Notes: generated from the sequence alone by a model not told the origin. DNA of 20,000 bases from an uncultured virus (IMG/VR IMGVR_UViG_3300025418_001062) (IMGVR_UViG_3300025418_001062), one strand, 5' to 3'; positions 1-7,610 are shown, numbered from the stretch's first letter. Made by a program: numbers and translations.

Positions 1-1
1 C

Positions 2-30
2 TTGACACGGGCTCGAGGGTGTGGTATCTT
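2..30 (+). promoter_or_regulatory. sigma70/SigA-type promoter
   Basis: TTGACA(2-7)-17 bp-TATCTT(25-30) with TG extension; RBS AAAGGAG before ATG 74. Confidence 0.7.
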
Positions 31-73
31 TGAATCGAACGCATTGGGGCGTTCTAAAGACAAAAGGAGTGAC

Positions 74-487
74 ATGAAAATTACAGCACCATTTCAACGG
101 AGTTCTAAGACCAGCCGAGAGGCCGCAGAATCTGTTGAACACTTGGTTGAAACCCAACTGGAAAAAGTTTACTCGCTCATTAGCGAAAAGCCACGCACCG
201 ACCAAGAAGTAGCCAAGGTTCTTGGTATGCAGATTTCTTCCATTACCGCTCGACGCCGAGCATTGGTTCTTGAGGGACGAGTTCGAGACTCTCAACTGCG
301 TCGCAAGAACTCATCGGGTCGCAATGCTGTAATCTGGGAGGCCGGCGAAGCAGCAGAGCCAAGTCGCCCATCTCGGAGCGAACTGGAACGCCGAATTGAA
401 AAGGCTATTATGCACATCGAGACCGCCGGCTACCAAGAAGTAGGCAATTTCCGTGCTAATCTGCAAAACATCTTGAAGGGAATCTAG
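74..487 (+). CDS. winged helix-turn-helix DNA-binding protein (phage type)
   Basis: Start reassigned to ATG 74 (AAAGGAG RBS). TSREAAES...RTDQEVAKVLGMQISSITARRRALVLEGRVRDS..RRKNSSGRNAVIW resembles the common phage wHTH family. Confidence 0.7.
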   Translation: MKITAPFQRSSKTSREAAESVEHLVETQLEKVYSLISEKPRTDQEVAKVLGMQISSITARRRALVLEGRVRDSQLRRKNSSGRNAVIWEAGEAAEPSRPSRSELERRIEKAIMHIETAGYQEVGNFRANLQNILKGI

Positions 488-591
488 TGCGAGAAGAATA
501 CACACCCGACCCTGTTGAGACGTGGCACTGCGAAGAATTTGGTGAAGTGCCATGGAAGTGTGAAGACTGCAACCCAGAGGAGGAAGAATAG
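487..591 (+). CDS. small acidic Cys-containing hypothetical protein (34 aa)
   Basis: GTG overlapping upstream TAG; MREEYTPDPVETWHCEEFGEVPWKCEDCNPEEEE; part of a coupled chain. Confidence 0.5.
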   Translation: MREEYTPDPVETWHCEEFGEVPWKCEDCNPEEEE

Positions 592-659
592 TGTTAGTTG
601 CAATTCTATGTACATTGCTTTTTATTACGGCAATTGGAAATATTGGGAGGGGTCGATGA
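591..659 (+). CDS. tiny hydrophobic peptide (22 aa)
   Basis: GTG overlapping TAG, GGAGG upstream, ATGA overlap with next ORF; MLVAILCTLLFITAIGNIGRGR. Confidence 0.35.
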   Translation: MLVAILCTLLFITAIGNIGRGR

Positions 660-736
660 AATACGCATGGGAACTCTGGCTTTTTTTGGTGCCTATCGTG
701 GCGCTGATTACGCTCTACGTCTGGCTGGACCGATGA
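656..736 (+). CDS. small single-TM peptide (26 aa)
   Basis: GGAGG RBS, ATGA overlaps at both ends; MKYAWELWLFLVPIVALITLYVWLDR. Confidence 0.5.
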   Translation: MKYAWELWLFLVPIVALITLYVWLDR

Positions 737-843
737 CGTTGTTGCCAGAAATGGGTGTGTTTGCTTCTTTAGCAAACAACGAAACTCAAGCATCGGTTAG
801 CGGTCTAAAAGACTTCTGCCCCAAGTGCGGAGAGAAACTATGA
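733..843 (+). CDS. small protein ending in half Zn-ribbon (FCPKCGEKL)
   Basis: ATGA-coupled ORF; C-terminus shared with ORF 840-1160. Confidence 0.55.
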   Translation: MTLLPEMGVFASLANNETQASVSGLKDFCPKCGEKL

Positions 844-878
844 CCCCCGACGAACGCCAAGCCCTACGAGAGAAGCAC
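816..878 (+). repeat. 63-bp direct repeat, copy 1 (gene junction)
   Basis: ctgccccaagtgcggagagaaactatgaccccc...gccctacgagagaagcac, repeated at 1133-1195. Confidence 0.9.
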
Positions 879-1160
879 AGCCAGGACGAAAAGAATCAAT
901 GTTCTTACTGTTTGTATGAAAGGTACCCCTGCGACGTAATCAAGGTGCTGGACGAAGTAGACCAAGCAAACTTTCAAGCGGCAATAAATTACGAACGTGG
1001 ATACGATGACGGTTATAAGGTACTGGACGCTACCGAAAACCTAAAGTTTAACGACCTAAAAACTAAAGTTGAGTGCGAACACCTATGGCTCAGTAGAGCC
1101 AATGCTAAATACCAATGGACTGTTTTCACCTACTGCCCCAAGTGCGGAGAGAAACTATGA
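840..1160 (+). CDS. Zn-ribbon/Zn-finger-containing hypothetical protein
   Basis: ATG 840 coupled to upstream TGA; H...CSYC...YPC and CEH...YCPKCGEKL motifs. Confidence 0.75.
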   Translation: MTPDERQALREKHSQDEKNQCSYCLYERYPCDVIKVLDEVDQANFQAAINYERGYDDGYKVLDATENLKFNDLKTKVECEHLWLSRANAKYQWTVFTYCPKCGEKL

Positions 1161-1195
1161 CCCCCACCGAAATCAAAGCCCTACGAGAGAAGCAC
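1133..1195 (+). repeat. 63-bp direct repeat, copy 2 (gene junction)
   Basis: near-identical to 816-878. Confidence 0.9.
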
Positions 1196-1324
1196 CAGCC
1201 CGTGTTTCAGAACATTGGCAGGGCTGGTGACGTTAATTACTGCGCCGGCTGTAAGGGTCCCAATGGCACCTTGATTCAAACGTGGCCCTGTGAAGTGCTG
1301 CGGGTACTGGAAAGTACCTTCTAA
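1157..1324 (+). CDS. small Zn-binding hypothetical protein, paralog of N-terminus of 840-1160
   Basis: MTPTEIKALREKH...CAGC...WPCEVLRVLE vs MTPDERQALREKH...CSYC...YPCDVIKVLD. Confidence 0.7.
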   Translation: MTPTEIKALREKHQPVFQNIGRAGDVNYCAGCKGPNGTLIQTWPCEVLRVLESTF

Positions 1325-1371
1325 AAATAAGTATGGTCATGGTACTCGACAAAAGTGCCGATGATATGTAC

Positions 1372-1400
1372 TTGCATTGCCCCAAAACCTGTGCTATAAT
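1372..1400 (+). promoter_or_regulatory. sigma70/SigA-type promoter
   Basis: TTGCAT-17 bp-TATAAT with TG extension, upstream of AAAGGA RBS and ATG 1433. Confidence 0.75.
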
Positions 1401-1432
1401 AGACGGGTAACAAACAACAGAAAGGATTACAA

Positions 1433-1579
1433 ATGATTTTGCTACTAGAATTGCTGTTTCCTGCTCTGTTCTTCGCAATGGTTGGCTATTTTGCTTACCG
1501 CTGGAACAAGGCAGTTAAGGCTGGCATCTTTCAGAAGGGCCAGTTTACTCGACACATTATCAAGGGGAACAACCGATGA
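1433..1579 (+). CDS. small membrane protein (48 aa)
   Basis: Not in ORF track; MILLLELLFPALFFAMVGYFAYRWNKAVK...; RBS and ATGA overlap with next gene. Confidence 0.7.
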   Translation: MILLLELLFPALFFAMVGYFAYRWNKAVKAGIFQKGQFTRHIIKGNNR

Positions 1580-1827
1580 CACCCGAACAGGCACAAGACC
1601 CAGAGTTTCTGGCACACCTGCAACAGAAGTACCGTGAGACTCTAGAGTTTCTAGAGCCACTCGACCCCGAACTTCAGGCTGAAGTCTACCGTGAGGCGCT
1701 TATTGCCCTTGCCGGTGGCCTTGCAAACCTGTCGGGCGAGCACGCAGAAGCGCAGTACAAGAGCCTATTCGTAGGCGCAATCAAGACCGGTCGTGAACAA
1801 GCCGGATTATCCGAAGAGGAGAAGTAA
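1576..1827 (+). CDS. hypothetical protein
   Basis: coupled ORF, 83 aa, helical composition. Confidence 0.75.
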   Translation: MTPEQAQDPEFLAHLQQKYRETLEFLEPLDPELQAEVYREALIALAGGLANLSGEHAEAQYKSLFVGAIKTGREQAGLSEEEK

Positions 1828-1961
1828 TGGAAGAAGTAGACCTCGTACAGATTGGCGCAATGCTTTTCAACGGCATTGGAGCCTTGTTGCTCAAGGCCGG
1901 GCTTGACGAAGAAGGCATTGGAAAGTCGCTTTCCACCGCGTTCAACCCACCAGAGCAGTAA
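1827..1961 (+). CDS. hypothetical protein (44 aa)
   Basis: TAATG overlaps at both ends, GAGGAG RBS; MEEVDLVQIGAMLFNGIGALLLKAGLDEEG... Confidence 0.65.
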   Translation: MEEVDLVQIGAMLFNGIGALLLKAGLDEEGIGKSLSTAFNPPEQ

Positions 1962-2155
1962 TGTCCGCAATCGACCGCGCCATCCTTGAGTTAGAAACAC
2001 TACACCGGCAGTTGGCTGGGCTAGAGCATTTTGCCGCCACCCTGCAAGCACCGGAGTGGCTCGGCTACAAGGGCGGCGTGGAAGATTGCCGCATGCACAT
2101 CAGACTAACTATCGAAAAACTAGAAGGAGAAAAAAATGGCTTTCAAGGCCACTAG
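1961..2155 (+). CDS. hypothetical protein
   Basis: coupled ORF, 64 aa. Confidence 0.7.
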   Translation: MSAIDRAILELETLHRQLAGLEHFAATLQAPEWLGYKGGVEDCRMHIRLTIEKLEGEKNGFQGH

Positions 2156-2405
2156 CGACAATGTGATTCTTCGCATGGAGCACAAAGAAAAGACCACAGA
2201 GACGGGTCTCGTAATTCCACAGGGCGCAGTACCACTGCCCGACATTGCTGAGGTTATCTCAGTTGGCCCCGACGTTGAGGGCATCAGTGAGGGCGACAGT
2301 GTTGTCTTCAAGCACGGTTTGGCATACGCAGTTGAGATTGCCGGCGTCAAGTACGTTCAGGTCCCAGTTGCCGGCATCGTAGCGGTGCTCGACAAGGATA
2401 ACTAA
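2136..2405 (+). CDS. groES: co-chaperonin GroES/Cpn10 family protein
   Basis: DNVILR..KEKTTETGLVIP (mobile loop)...AEVISVGP...EGDSVVF...VEIAGVKY...IVAVL follows the Cpn10 pattern; AAGGAG RBS. Confidence 0.85.
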   Translation: MAFKATSDNVILRMEHKEKTTETGLVIPQGAVPLPDIAEVISVGPDVEGISEGDSVVFKHGLAYAVEIAGVKYVQVPVAGIVAVLDKDN

Positions 2406-2638
2406 TGCAGGTAAAGTTCAAGACTACTAGCAACCTGACGTTTGCTATCTTCAGTTTTCTGATGTGGCCTCTCGCCGCATTGGTGGGCGGACTGGTGACG
2501 ATGCTTTTGGCGGGCGACATTCATCGCTGGGCGCCCCAGTTCCGACCTATGGGCTTCTGGCAGGCCACGTTCATCTACGCCCTTCTCTACGCCTTTACGA
2601 GCGGCCTAACGCCGTTCAAGAAGCGTGGCGACAACTAA
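2405..2638 (+). CDS. membrane protein (2 predicted TM)
   Basis: two hydrophobic segments; TAATG coupling. Confidence 0.7.
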   Translation: MQVKFKTTSNLTFAIFSFLMWPLAALVGGLVTMLLAGDIHRWAPQFRPMGFWQATFIYALLYAFTSGLTPFKKRGDN

Positions 2639-2641
2639 TAG

Positions 2642-2905
2642 ATGAATACAAACAAAACTATTAATAAGCCCCCGTTATTGATTAAAAAATTTTGGTCAAA
2701 AATTAGGAGTTTCAGAACTGCAACTAAACTTTCAATTGGCTGGTTCGCCGGCCTCGCAACATGGTTTGCGATTTGCAATTGGAAAGTAATTGTGGTATCA
2801 TTGGTATTCCTGATTACCGCTTGCACCTTTATCCAACTGGTGTGGGCAATAAATCGGGAGTTAGACAAACAAGAGAGTGAGAGGATGCGCCACTATGGCA
2901 AGTAA
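2642..2905 (+). CDS. membrane protein
   Basis: basic N-terminus then hydrophobic segments; AT-rich. Confidence 0.6.
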   Translation: MNTNKTINKPPLLIKKFWSKIRSFRTATKLSIGWFAGLATWFAICNWKVIVVSLVFLITACTFIQLVWAINRELDKQESERMRHYGK

Positions 2906-3098
2906 GAAAGAACTGAAGTATCGTATTGACATGTTGGAGACCAAGTTGTATGAGTTGCAACAGCGTATTAACGTTGTTCGACTTGTCACAAAAGAGCCCA
3001 GCGCCGAGGCCCGGACGTTTCACGAGGGCAAGAAAACTGTTCGTATTGACTTCCTCGGCCACATTGACCCAGTGTGGGAAGAAGAGGACAACCAATGA
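2895..3098 (+). CDS. hypothetical protein, short coiled coil
   Basis: start reassigned to ATG 2895 (GAGG upstream): MASKKELKYRIDMLETKLYELQQR. Confidence 0.7.
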   Translation: MASKKELKYRIDMLETKLYELQQRINVVRLVTKEPSAEARTFHEGKKTVRIDFLGHIDPVWEEEDNQ

Positions 3099-3550
3099 CA
3101 GTCCTTCACAGCAGGGTCACTGAGATTTTGAATCGGGCGCACCAAACGGCGTTAGCGTATTACGAGATTGCCAAAACCACCGAAGACAAGATGTATTGGA
3201 TGGGCTATCGTCGTGGCCTACAGCACATTGACGAGCAAATCCACAGCAACTTTGAGCAGGATACTCGCCCCCGTTATGACTTTACAACTCACACAGTCGG
3301 CACACGAGTCACGGACAAGCCTCTCAAGCCTTTTGTAAAGGAAGACGGGCTCGAGCGCCAACTGGAAGAAGTACGTCAGTTTGGTATCCAAACAGCCGAA
3401 GACTTGGCATACGCTGAAACCAACATCGAGCAACTGCTTTCAGACGTTATGGTGCTAAAGCAACGCATTGCAGAATTAGAGGGGCAACCAAAGGAAGACT
3501 GGAAGCCCTACCCTGAGCGTTGGCGCAACTACTGGAAGGAAGCAAACTAA
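3095..3550 (+). CDS. hypothetical protein with C-terminal coiled coil
   Basis: ATG 3095 with GAGG RBS, overlapping upstream TGA. Confidence 0.75.
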   Translation: MTVLHSRVTEILNRAHQTALAYYEIAKTTEDKMYWMGYRRGLQHIDEQIHSNFEQDTRPRYDFTTHTVGTRVTDKPLKPFVKEDGLERQLEEVRQFGIQTAEDLAYAETNIEQLLSDVMVLKQRIAELEGQPKEDWKPYPERWRNYWKEAN

Positions 3551-3551
3551 C

Positions 3552-3791
3552 GTGAGTGACCAGCCCAGCGAGTTTGACCTAGACCTAGCACAACGCCTTC
3601 TAAGCCTCTCTGAAGTATTAGTAGAGACGGTACGACGTGTTGAGTATCTCGAAGGCAAGCCAAAGCCATCAGATGCCAGCCTAGAAGAACGCATTGAGCA
3701 AGCCGTGGCTATTATTGCCCCCAATTACCCTGAGATGACCGAAGAAGAAGAAGCCATCGTGAACCTTTTGTGGGGTTATCCTGATGAGTAA
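3552..3791 (+). CDS. hypothetical protein
   Basis: GTG start, AAGGA RBS, acidic. Confidence 0.7.
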   Translation: MSDQPSEFDLDLAQRLLSLSEVLVETVRRVEYLEGKPKPSDASLEERIEQAVAIIAPNYPEMTEEEEAIVNLLWGYPDE

Positions 3792-4062
3792 TTTTTTTGA
3801 GGGGGGCAACCAAGAAGAGGAAGCAACCGGGGCTTATTCAGGCAACTCAATAGAAGACCTACAGAACTACTTAGTAGACTTATACAACGAGACAATGACT
3901 AAGAGTGGAATAAACCCAGAGACAGGTGAGCAGTTGAACACCGAAGTAGATGGAACGAAGGATATTGAACGCCTAGAGGCTCAGATTGATACGTTTCTGA
4001 ACGCATGGGGAAATAGCCTGACGGAGCGGGACCTTGATAATAAAGGCAAGTGGAATGAGTAG
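3784..4062 (+). CDS. acidic hypothetical protein
   Basis: overlaps upstream stop; last gene of + strand block. Confidence 0.7.
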   Translation: MSNFFEGGNQEEEATGAYSGNSIEDLQNYLVDLYNETMTKSGINPETGEQLNTEVDGTKDIERLEAQIDTFLNAWGNSLTERDLDNKGKWNE

Positions 4063-4163
4063 CGATGGGAACCATAAAAAACCATAAAAAACCATGTCAA
4101 TACGCCCGTCTAAACGCACATTCCCGCGCGTATAGGGTACCCACCCCCGCATAACCCCCAGTT

Positions 4164-4205
4164 ATCGTACCAATATTTGACATGAATGTCAATTTATGAT
4201 ATACT
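4164..4205. promoter_or_regulatory. overlapping bidirectional promoters
   Basis: palindrome TTGACA-TGAA-TGTCAA (4177-4192); + strand TTGACA-17-TATACT(4200-4205); - strand TTGACA-17-TACGAT(4164-4169); both have TG extension; no convincing ORF downstream of either. Confidence 0.55.
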
Positions 4206-4468
4206 ATTAGTATGATAACGTACCAATTGTGGCCGAAACCACAAGTAATAAGGCCGGCCCTAATAGCGTAATTTTTCCCCATATTTAGGTCAAAAACTGC
4301 CAGTGGCCACACAGAATAAATTTTCCCCACATTTTTTTGAAAAACTGCCAGGTCCCAGACATTTTTCTAAAGAACCGGCCCTTCGCGTATACGCGATATA
4401 TATACGCGATTCGCGTACGCGATACGTATACACACGCGAGGCTTTGATTTGAGACATTTTGGGGCACT

Positions 4469-4556
4469 GGCTAGGCAGTCTATCCGGTTTGGATAATACG
4501 GGCACTACAGGGCAATACAGGGGCACTACAGGGGATTTTGGATAGACTACCTAGCC
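4469..4556. repeat. 17-bp inverted repeat enclosing three GGGCA(C/A)TACAG direct repeats
   Basis: ggctaggcagtctatcc (4469-4485) vs ggatagactacctagcc (4540-4556), 16/17 complementary. Confidence 0.8.
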
Positions 4557-4572
4557 GAGACTAGGGCACTAC

Positions 4573-4629
4573 TTAGAAGTATTCGTCACACAGGTCACAA
4601 ACACCTACAAACTCTGAGCCGTCGCTCAT
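4573..4629 (-). CDS. possible CxxC micropeptide (18 aa)
   Basis: coupled to stop of 4629-4826; MSDGSEFVGVCDLCDEYF. Confidence 0.3.
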   Translation of the reverse strand: MSDGSEFVGVCDLCDEYF

Positions 4630-4826
4630 CATTCTGACTCCTCCACGAAGTAGTCATCGTACCAGCCATCAACCCATTCGGGGCTGTCTTCGTCTGGTTC
4701 GGGCTTTGCGACGTAGATAAAGTCCCACGCTTCCTCAAAACTGTTGAACGATAGGTTCGGGTCATTGCTCCCGAACTCTGTCCACAGTCGGTTGCCCGCC
4801 CAGTCTTTGATAATCCACTTACTCAT
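4629..4826 (-). CDS. acidic hypothetical protein
   Basis: GGAGG RBS, TGATG coupling, 65 aa. Confidence 0.75.
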   Translation of the reverse strand: MSKWIIKDWAGNRLWTEFGSNDPNLSFNSFEEAWDFIYVAKPEPDEDSPEWVDGWYDDYFVEESE

Positions 4827-5050
4827 CAGTAGCCTCCTTCTTCGTTTAGTTTGCGGATGTAATGCAGTAGCGCCGAATAAAGGTTGGCGTCGTATTCCCT
4901 AAATCCCTGGTCAGGGATACGAAGATACTCTTGTAGGTCTTCATCCCAGATACAGCCGTCAGGAAACTGTGCTTCCAAGACGTCGGTGTCGCAAAAGAAC
5001 CCACGGTCTTTGTGGTAGCCCACCACAAAATAGTGCGTGTAGGTACTCAT
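4826..5050 (-). CDS. hypothetical protein
   Basis: coupled ORF, 74 aa, GAGG RBS. Confidence 0.75.
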   Translation of the reverse strand: MSTYTHYFVVGYHKDRGFFCDTDVLEAQFPDGCIWDEDLQEYLRIPDQGFREYDANLYSALLHYIRKLNEEGGY

Positions 5051-5217
5051 TACAGCACCTCGACGTGGAAGTCATTGGGGTTTGCGCCCGTCTGGTCGTT
5101 GAAAAGCCCGTCAGCGTACATCAGCGCCTCATCAGCGTTTTCAGCGATAACGCTTACGGTGTAGGTGTAAGAGACCTCCATGTATGGCGTCCCGTCGGTG
5201 TCATAGTTTACAGTCAT
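5050..5217 (-). CDS. acidic hypothetical protein (55 aa)
   Basis: Not in ORF track; TAATG overlaps at both ends; MTVNYDTDGTPYMEVSYTYTVSVIAENADEAL... Confidence 0.7.
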   Translation of the reverse strand: MTVNYDTDGTPYMEVSYTYTVSVIAENADEALMYADGLFNDQTGANPNDFHVEVL

Positions 5218-5435
5218 TATTGTTCTCCTCCGTAGGTGTAGTCGGTGTCAATAGCCCAGTTGTAGGGGTTGAAACCGTATTCTTGAAAAATCTTTCGTGA
5301 TGCAAGTTCCAGCAGAACGTCTTCAATGTCCGCTTCCAGCCGGTCGTCGTCGGGCGTTCTGTCGTAGTAGACAACAGTGTTTAGAACCATGTGGTCGCAA
5401 GTAATGCTTACGAAGTAAACGTGGTGCTCTCCCAT
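5217..5435 (-). CDS. acidic hypothetical protein
   Basis: AAAGGA RBS, first gene after promoter 5481-5509. Confidence 0.8.
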   Translation of the reverse strand: MGEHHVYFVSITCDHMVLNTVVYYDRTPDDDRLEADIEDVLLELASRKIFQEYGFNPYNWAIDTDYTYGGEQ

Positions 5436-5480
5436 TTTGTATCCTTTCTGTCTGTCACCACCGCTTTTCGGTGATGAACC

Positions 5481-5509
5481 ATTGTACCACGGGTTTTTTG
5501 CTTTGTCAA
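5481..5509 (-). promoter_or_regulatory. cassette promoter + AAAAG-loop leader hairpin
   Basis: TTGACA-17-TACAAT, TG extension; hairpin CATCACCG-AAAAG-CGGTGGTG. Confidence 0.85.
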
Positions 5510-5512
5510 GTC

Positions 5513-5992
5513 CTAGTGGTGAAAATCTACCAAGACTAAGAATTGACGAGTGGGGTCTGTTTCCATGCGCTCACGGAGATACTTGAAGTCTTCGCACCAT
5601 TCTTTCAGGTCGTAGAAGTAGGCATCGTGCTTTCCGTTGCCCTCGGCAATGGCAATAGCCTGACGGAGATGGTAAAAATCAAGACTGCGTCCGGCATCAC
5701 GGCCATCAAAGTTGCGCACTTCTTCAATGATTGCCTCGGTGTCAATGTTGCTCAACAGAAACTTGATTTCATTCACTCGGTTGAGACGGGCACGCTCCAA
5801 AAAGTCCTCAAACTTTGTGGGGTCGTCTGCGTAGCAGTGAACCTCGCCCTCGTCCTCCCAGCGCCCCCCGATTTCTGCCCAGTCGCTCCACGGAAAAACG
5901 GGGTTGTCATCGTGCGTCAAAGCAATGTCTACTTGAGAGATTGCGTCTTCGGCGTTGTCAGCCTCTACTGCGATAAAATGTAATACGTGCAT
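5513..5992 (-). CDS. hypothetical phage protein (159 aa)
   Basis: start reassigned to ATG 5992 (AAAGGAG RBS); WSDWAEIGGRW motif and C-terminal LVDFH. Confidence 0.85.
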   Translation of the reverse strand: MHVLHFIAVEADNAEDAISQVDIALTHDDNPVFPWSDWAEIGGRWEDEGEVHCYADDPTKFEDFLERARLNRVNEIKFLLSNIDTEAIIEEVRNFDGRDAGRSLDFYHLRQAIAIAEGNGKHDAYFYDLKEWCEDFKYLRERMETDPTRQFLVLVDFHH

Positions 5993-6034
5993 TATGCTCC
6001 TTTGTCTCTGCACCGGCTTTTCCGGTACTCATCT

Positions 6035-6063
6035 ATTATAACAGGGGTTTTTTACTTTGTCAA
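6035..6063 (-). promoter_or_regulatory. cassette promoter (perfect consensus) + leader hairpin
   Basis: TTGACA-17-TATAAT, TG extension; hairpin ACCGG-AAAAG-CCGGT. Confidence 0.9.
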
Positions 6064-6064
6064 G

Positions 6065-6229
6065 TCAGTGGTCAAAGAAATCGAAAACTTTGTCCGTGAC
6101 TGCTACGTTCCACTGTAGCATCTCTACTAGCAAAGAATACAGCAGTTCGTTGGCTTCCGTCTCCTCGCCGTGAAACTTGCGCTCGGCGTATAGGATAAGG
6201 GCGCTCGACGCCTCGGTTGCGCTCCTCAC
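6065..6229 (-). CDS. hypothetical protein (54 aa)
   Basis: Not in ORF track; GTGA overlap, GGAGG RBS; MRSATEASSALILYAERKFHGEETEANELLYSLL... Confidence 0.6.
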   Translation of the reverse strand: MRSATEASSALILYAERKFHGEETEANELLYSLLVEMLQWNVAVTDKVFDFFDH

Positions 6230-6396
6230 TCTAAGCCCTCCCAGTCGTCGCTCGTCGCCCGTAGGTAAAACTCGGCGGGGTCTTCATCAAAAAGGTGCAG
6301 TTGCGCCTCGCTAAAATCCTCGGTGTCGAAGATAAAGAGGTCGTAATCCTCGGCGCTACCATAGTTGCCGTCAAAGCCTACATACATTTTTGCCAT
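6226..6396 (-). CDS. highly acidic small protein (56 aa)
   Basis: Not in ORF track; AAGGAG RBS; 16 D/E vs 2 K/R. Confidence 0.7.
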   Translation of the reverse strand: MAKMYVGFDGNYGSAEDYDLFIFDTEDFSEAQLHLFDEDPAEFYLRATSDDWEGLE

Positions 6397-6542
6397 TATT
6401 CGCTCTCCTTTAGAACGCCGTCAATGAATGAATAGTTGGTGTAAATGATGACCTGACCCTCGTTGTCAAGGTCAATGTCGCAATTCGGGAGTGCTTTCTG
6501 CACCGCCTCTACTAACTGCTCAATAGTGGTGTAGTTGGTCAT
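6396..6542 (-). CDS. small hypothetical protein (48 aa)
   Basis: Not in ORF track; GGAG RBS, TAATG coupling; MTNYTTIEQLVEAVQKALPNCDIDLDNEGQVIIYTN... Confidence 0.7.
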   Translation of the reverse strand: MTNYTTIEQLVEAVQKALPNCDIDLDNEGQVIIYTNYSFIDGVLKESE

Positions 6543-6748
6543 TAGTTCTCCTCCACGTCAATGCTGTATACTGATGCAAAACCCTTGTAGTCTTCGTAGC
6601 GCCAGCCCTCGGCTTCCGCTTCCGCTTCGCCGTCGGCATCTACGTCAAACCGGTACTCAACCATTACCGTCACGCTGTACGACGTAGGGCTGTCATCTTC
6701 AGTATCCTGAACCTCGGTGCTTACAACTTTCTTAGTGGCTGTCGCCAT
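6542..6748 (-). CDS. acidic hypothetical protein (68 aa)
   Basis: start reassigned to ATG 6748 (MATATKK; AAAGGA RBS). Confidence 0.75.
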   Translation of the reverse strand: MATATKKVVSTEVQDTEDDSPTSYSVTVMVEYRFDVDADGEAEAEAEGWRYEDYKGFASVYSIDVEEN

Positions 6749-6794
6749 TGGTAATCCTTTCGGTAAATTGCCGAGACGTTTTCTCGACCCAAAC

Positions 6795-6823
6795 AGTATG
6801 ACACACGCCGACGTCAATGTCAA
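6795..6823 (-). promoter_or_regulatory. cassette promoter + leader hairpin
   Basis: TTGACA-17-CATACT, TG extension; hairpin CGAGA-AAACG-TCTCG. Confidence 0.8.
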
Positions 6824-6920
6824 ATCATTTTCCCCATTTTTTTTTGAAAAACTCTTCGCGTACGCGATTCGCGTACATGCCCACGCGATACGCGATTTCG
6901 CGTATGCGCACACGCGATAG

Positions 6921-6955
6921 GGGGAGATTGCCCCCAAACTTCGGGGGCAACCTCC
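6921..6955 (-). terminator. GC-rich hairpin after ORF 6955-7227
   Basis: GGAGGTTGCCCCC...GGGGGCAATCTCC stem directly after stop; no clear U tract. Confidence 0.6.
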
Positions 6956-7227
6956 TAGTCCAATTCTTCCAACTCTTCGTCCTCGACCACAGTTTCCTCG
7001 CTCCACGGCTTGACTGTGATGTAGTAGCCCATTCTGTTCACAATGTGGTAGCCGTTCACAATGGTTCCGTCGTCCAGTTCCGTCCACACCATCTCGACGG
7101 GCTGACCCTGAACAAACTCCAGTTCCTCGCCGTAGGTCTCGAACATCTTGACAAAGTAGTATGCCCTAGATTGGAAATGATTATCTAGGGGCTGATACTG
7201 GTTCCACCAATCCTCGAACTTCATCAT
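6955..7227 (-). CDS. hypothetical phage protein
   Basis: ATGA-coupled; FETYGEELEFV...VWT...GYHIVNRMGYYITVKPW. Confidence 0.85.
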   Translation of the reverse strand: MMKFEDWWNQYQPLDNHFQSRAYYFVKMFETYGEELEFVQGQPVEMVWTELDDGTIVNGYHIVNRMGYYITVKPWSEETVVEDEELEELD

Positions 7228-7610
7228 ACCGCTACCACGGGGAGAAAGTCAAGGACAAACTCGTGAAACGACTTAGGCTCATAGACGGGTCGCCAGTGAC
7301 TGTCCGCAAAGTCTTCGCTGTAGACACGCTCATAGATAGAAACTTCTTCCTTTACGTGGTCTACTTCTACCAAGCGCCAAGCGTCGCCAGCCTCACGGGT
7401 ACTGATGCCGTAAGAAAGGTTGCTCTCGTCGCCTCCGAGGAGCGTCTGAAAGATGATACGATTGAGGTAGTCCTCATCGCCCCACCGGTCACGCCCCTTG
7501 TCCAGCCCCTGCGCCACAATTTCGGGCAGTCGGTAAGCAGTCCAATGAGTGTAAAAGTAAATCGGCTGTCCGTATTCACTAACTAACTTGATGTTTCCAC
7601 GGTCTCCCAC
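7224..7610 (-). CDS. hypothetical phage protein (128 aa)
   Basis: start reassigned to GTG 7610 (AAGGGA RBS); GDRGNI...IYFYTHW...RWGDEDYLNRIIF. Confidence 0.85.
   Translation of the reverse strand: MGDRGNIKLVSEYGQPIYFYTHWTAYRLPEIVAQGLDKGRDRWGDEDYLNRIIFQTLLGGDESNLSYGISTREAGDAWRLVEVDHVKEEVSIYERVYSEDFADSHWRPVYEPKSFHEFVLDFLPVVAV

Noticed and set aside
2405..2905. Holin/lysis cassette
   Set aside because: Membrane ORFs are present but there is no endolysin or spanin nearby and no family motif recognised.
4469..4556. IS/MITE terminal inverted repeats
   Set aside because: No transposase, no clear target-site duplication, single copy in the window.
4063..4572. tRNA or other known structural RNA gene
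   Set aside because: No cloverleaf or T-loop GTTCRA in a tRNA context recognised by eye; a covariance search would be needed to exclude it fully.
6542..7087. 181-aa ORF as called, and the N-terminal extensions of 12631-13059, 16343-16627, 16837-17073, 19032-19280, 15148-15420, 11454-11795 and 2-487
   Set aside because: The extensions run through promoter, hairpin and repeat DNA; RBS-supported internal ATGs give the likely starts. Shared MICN/MAYCLGR prefixes are just translated promoter sequence.
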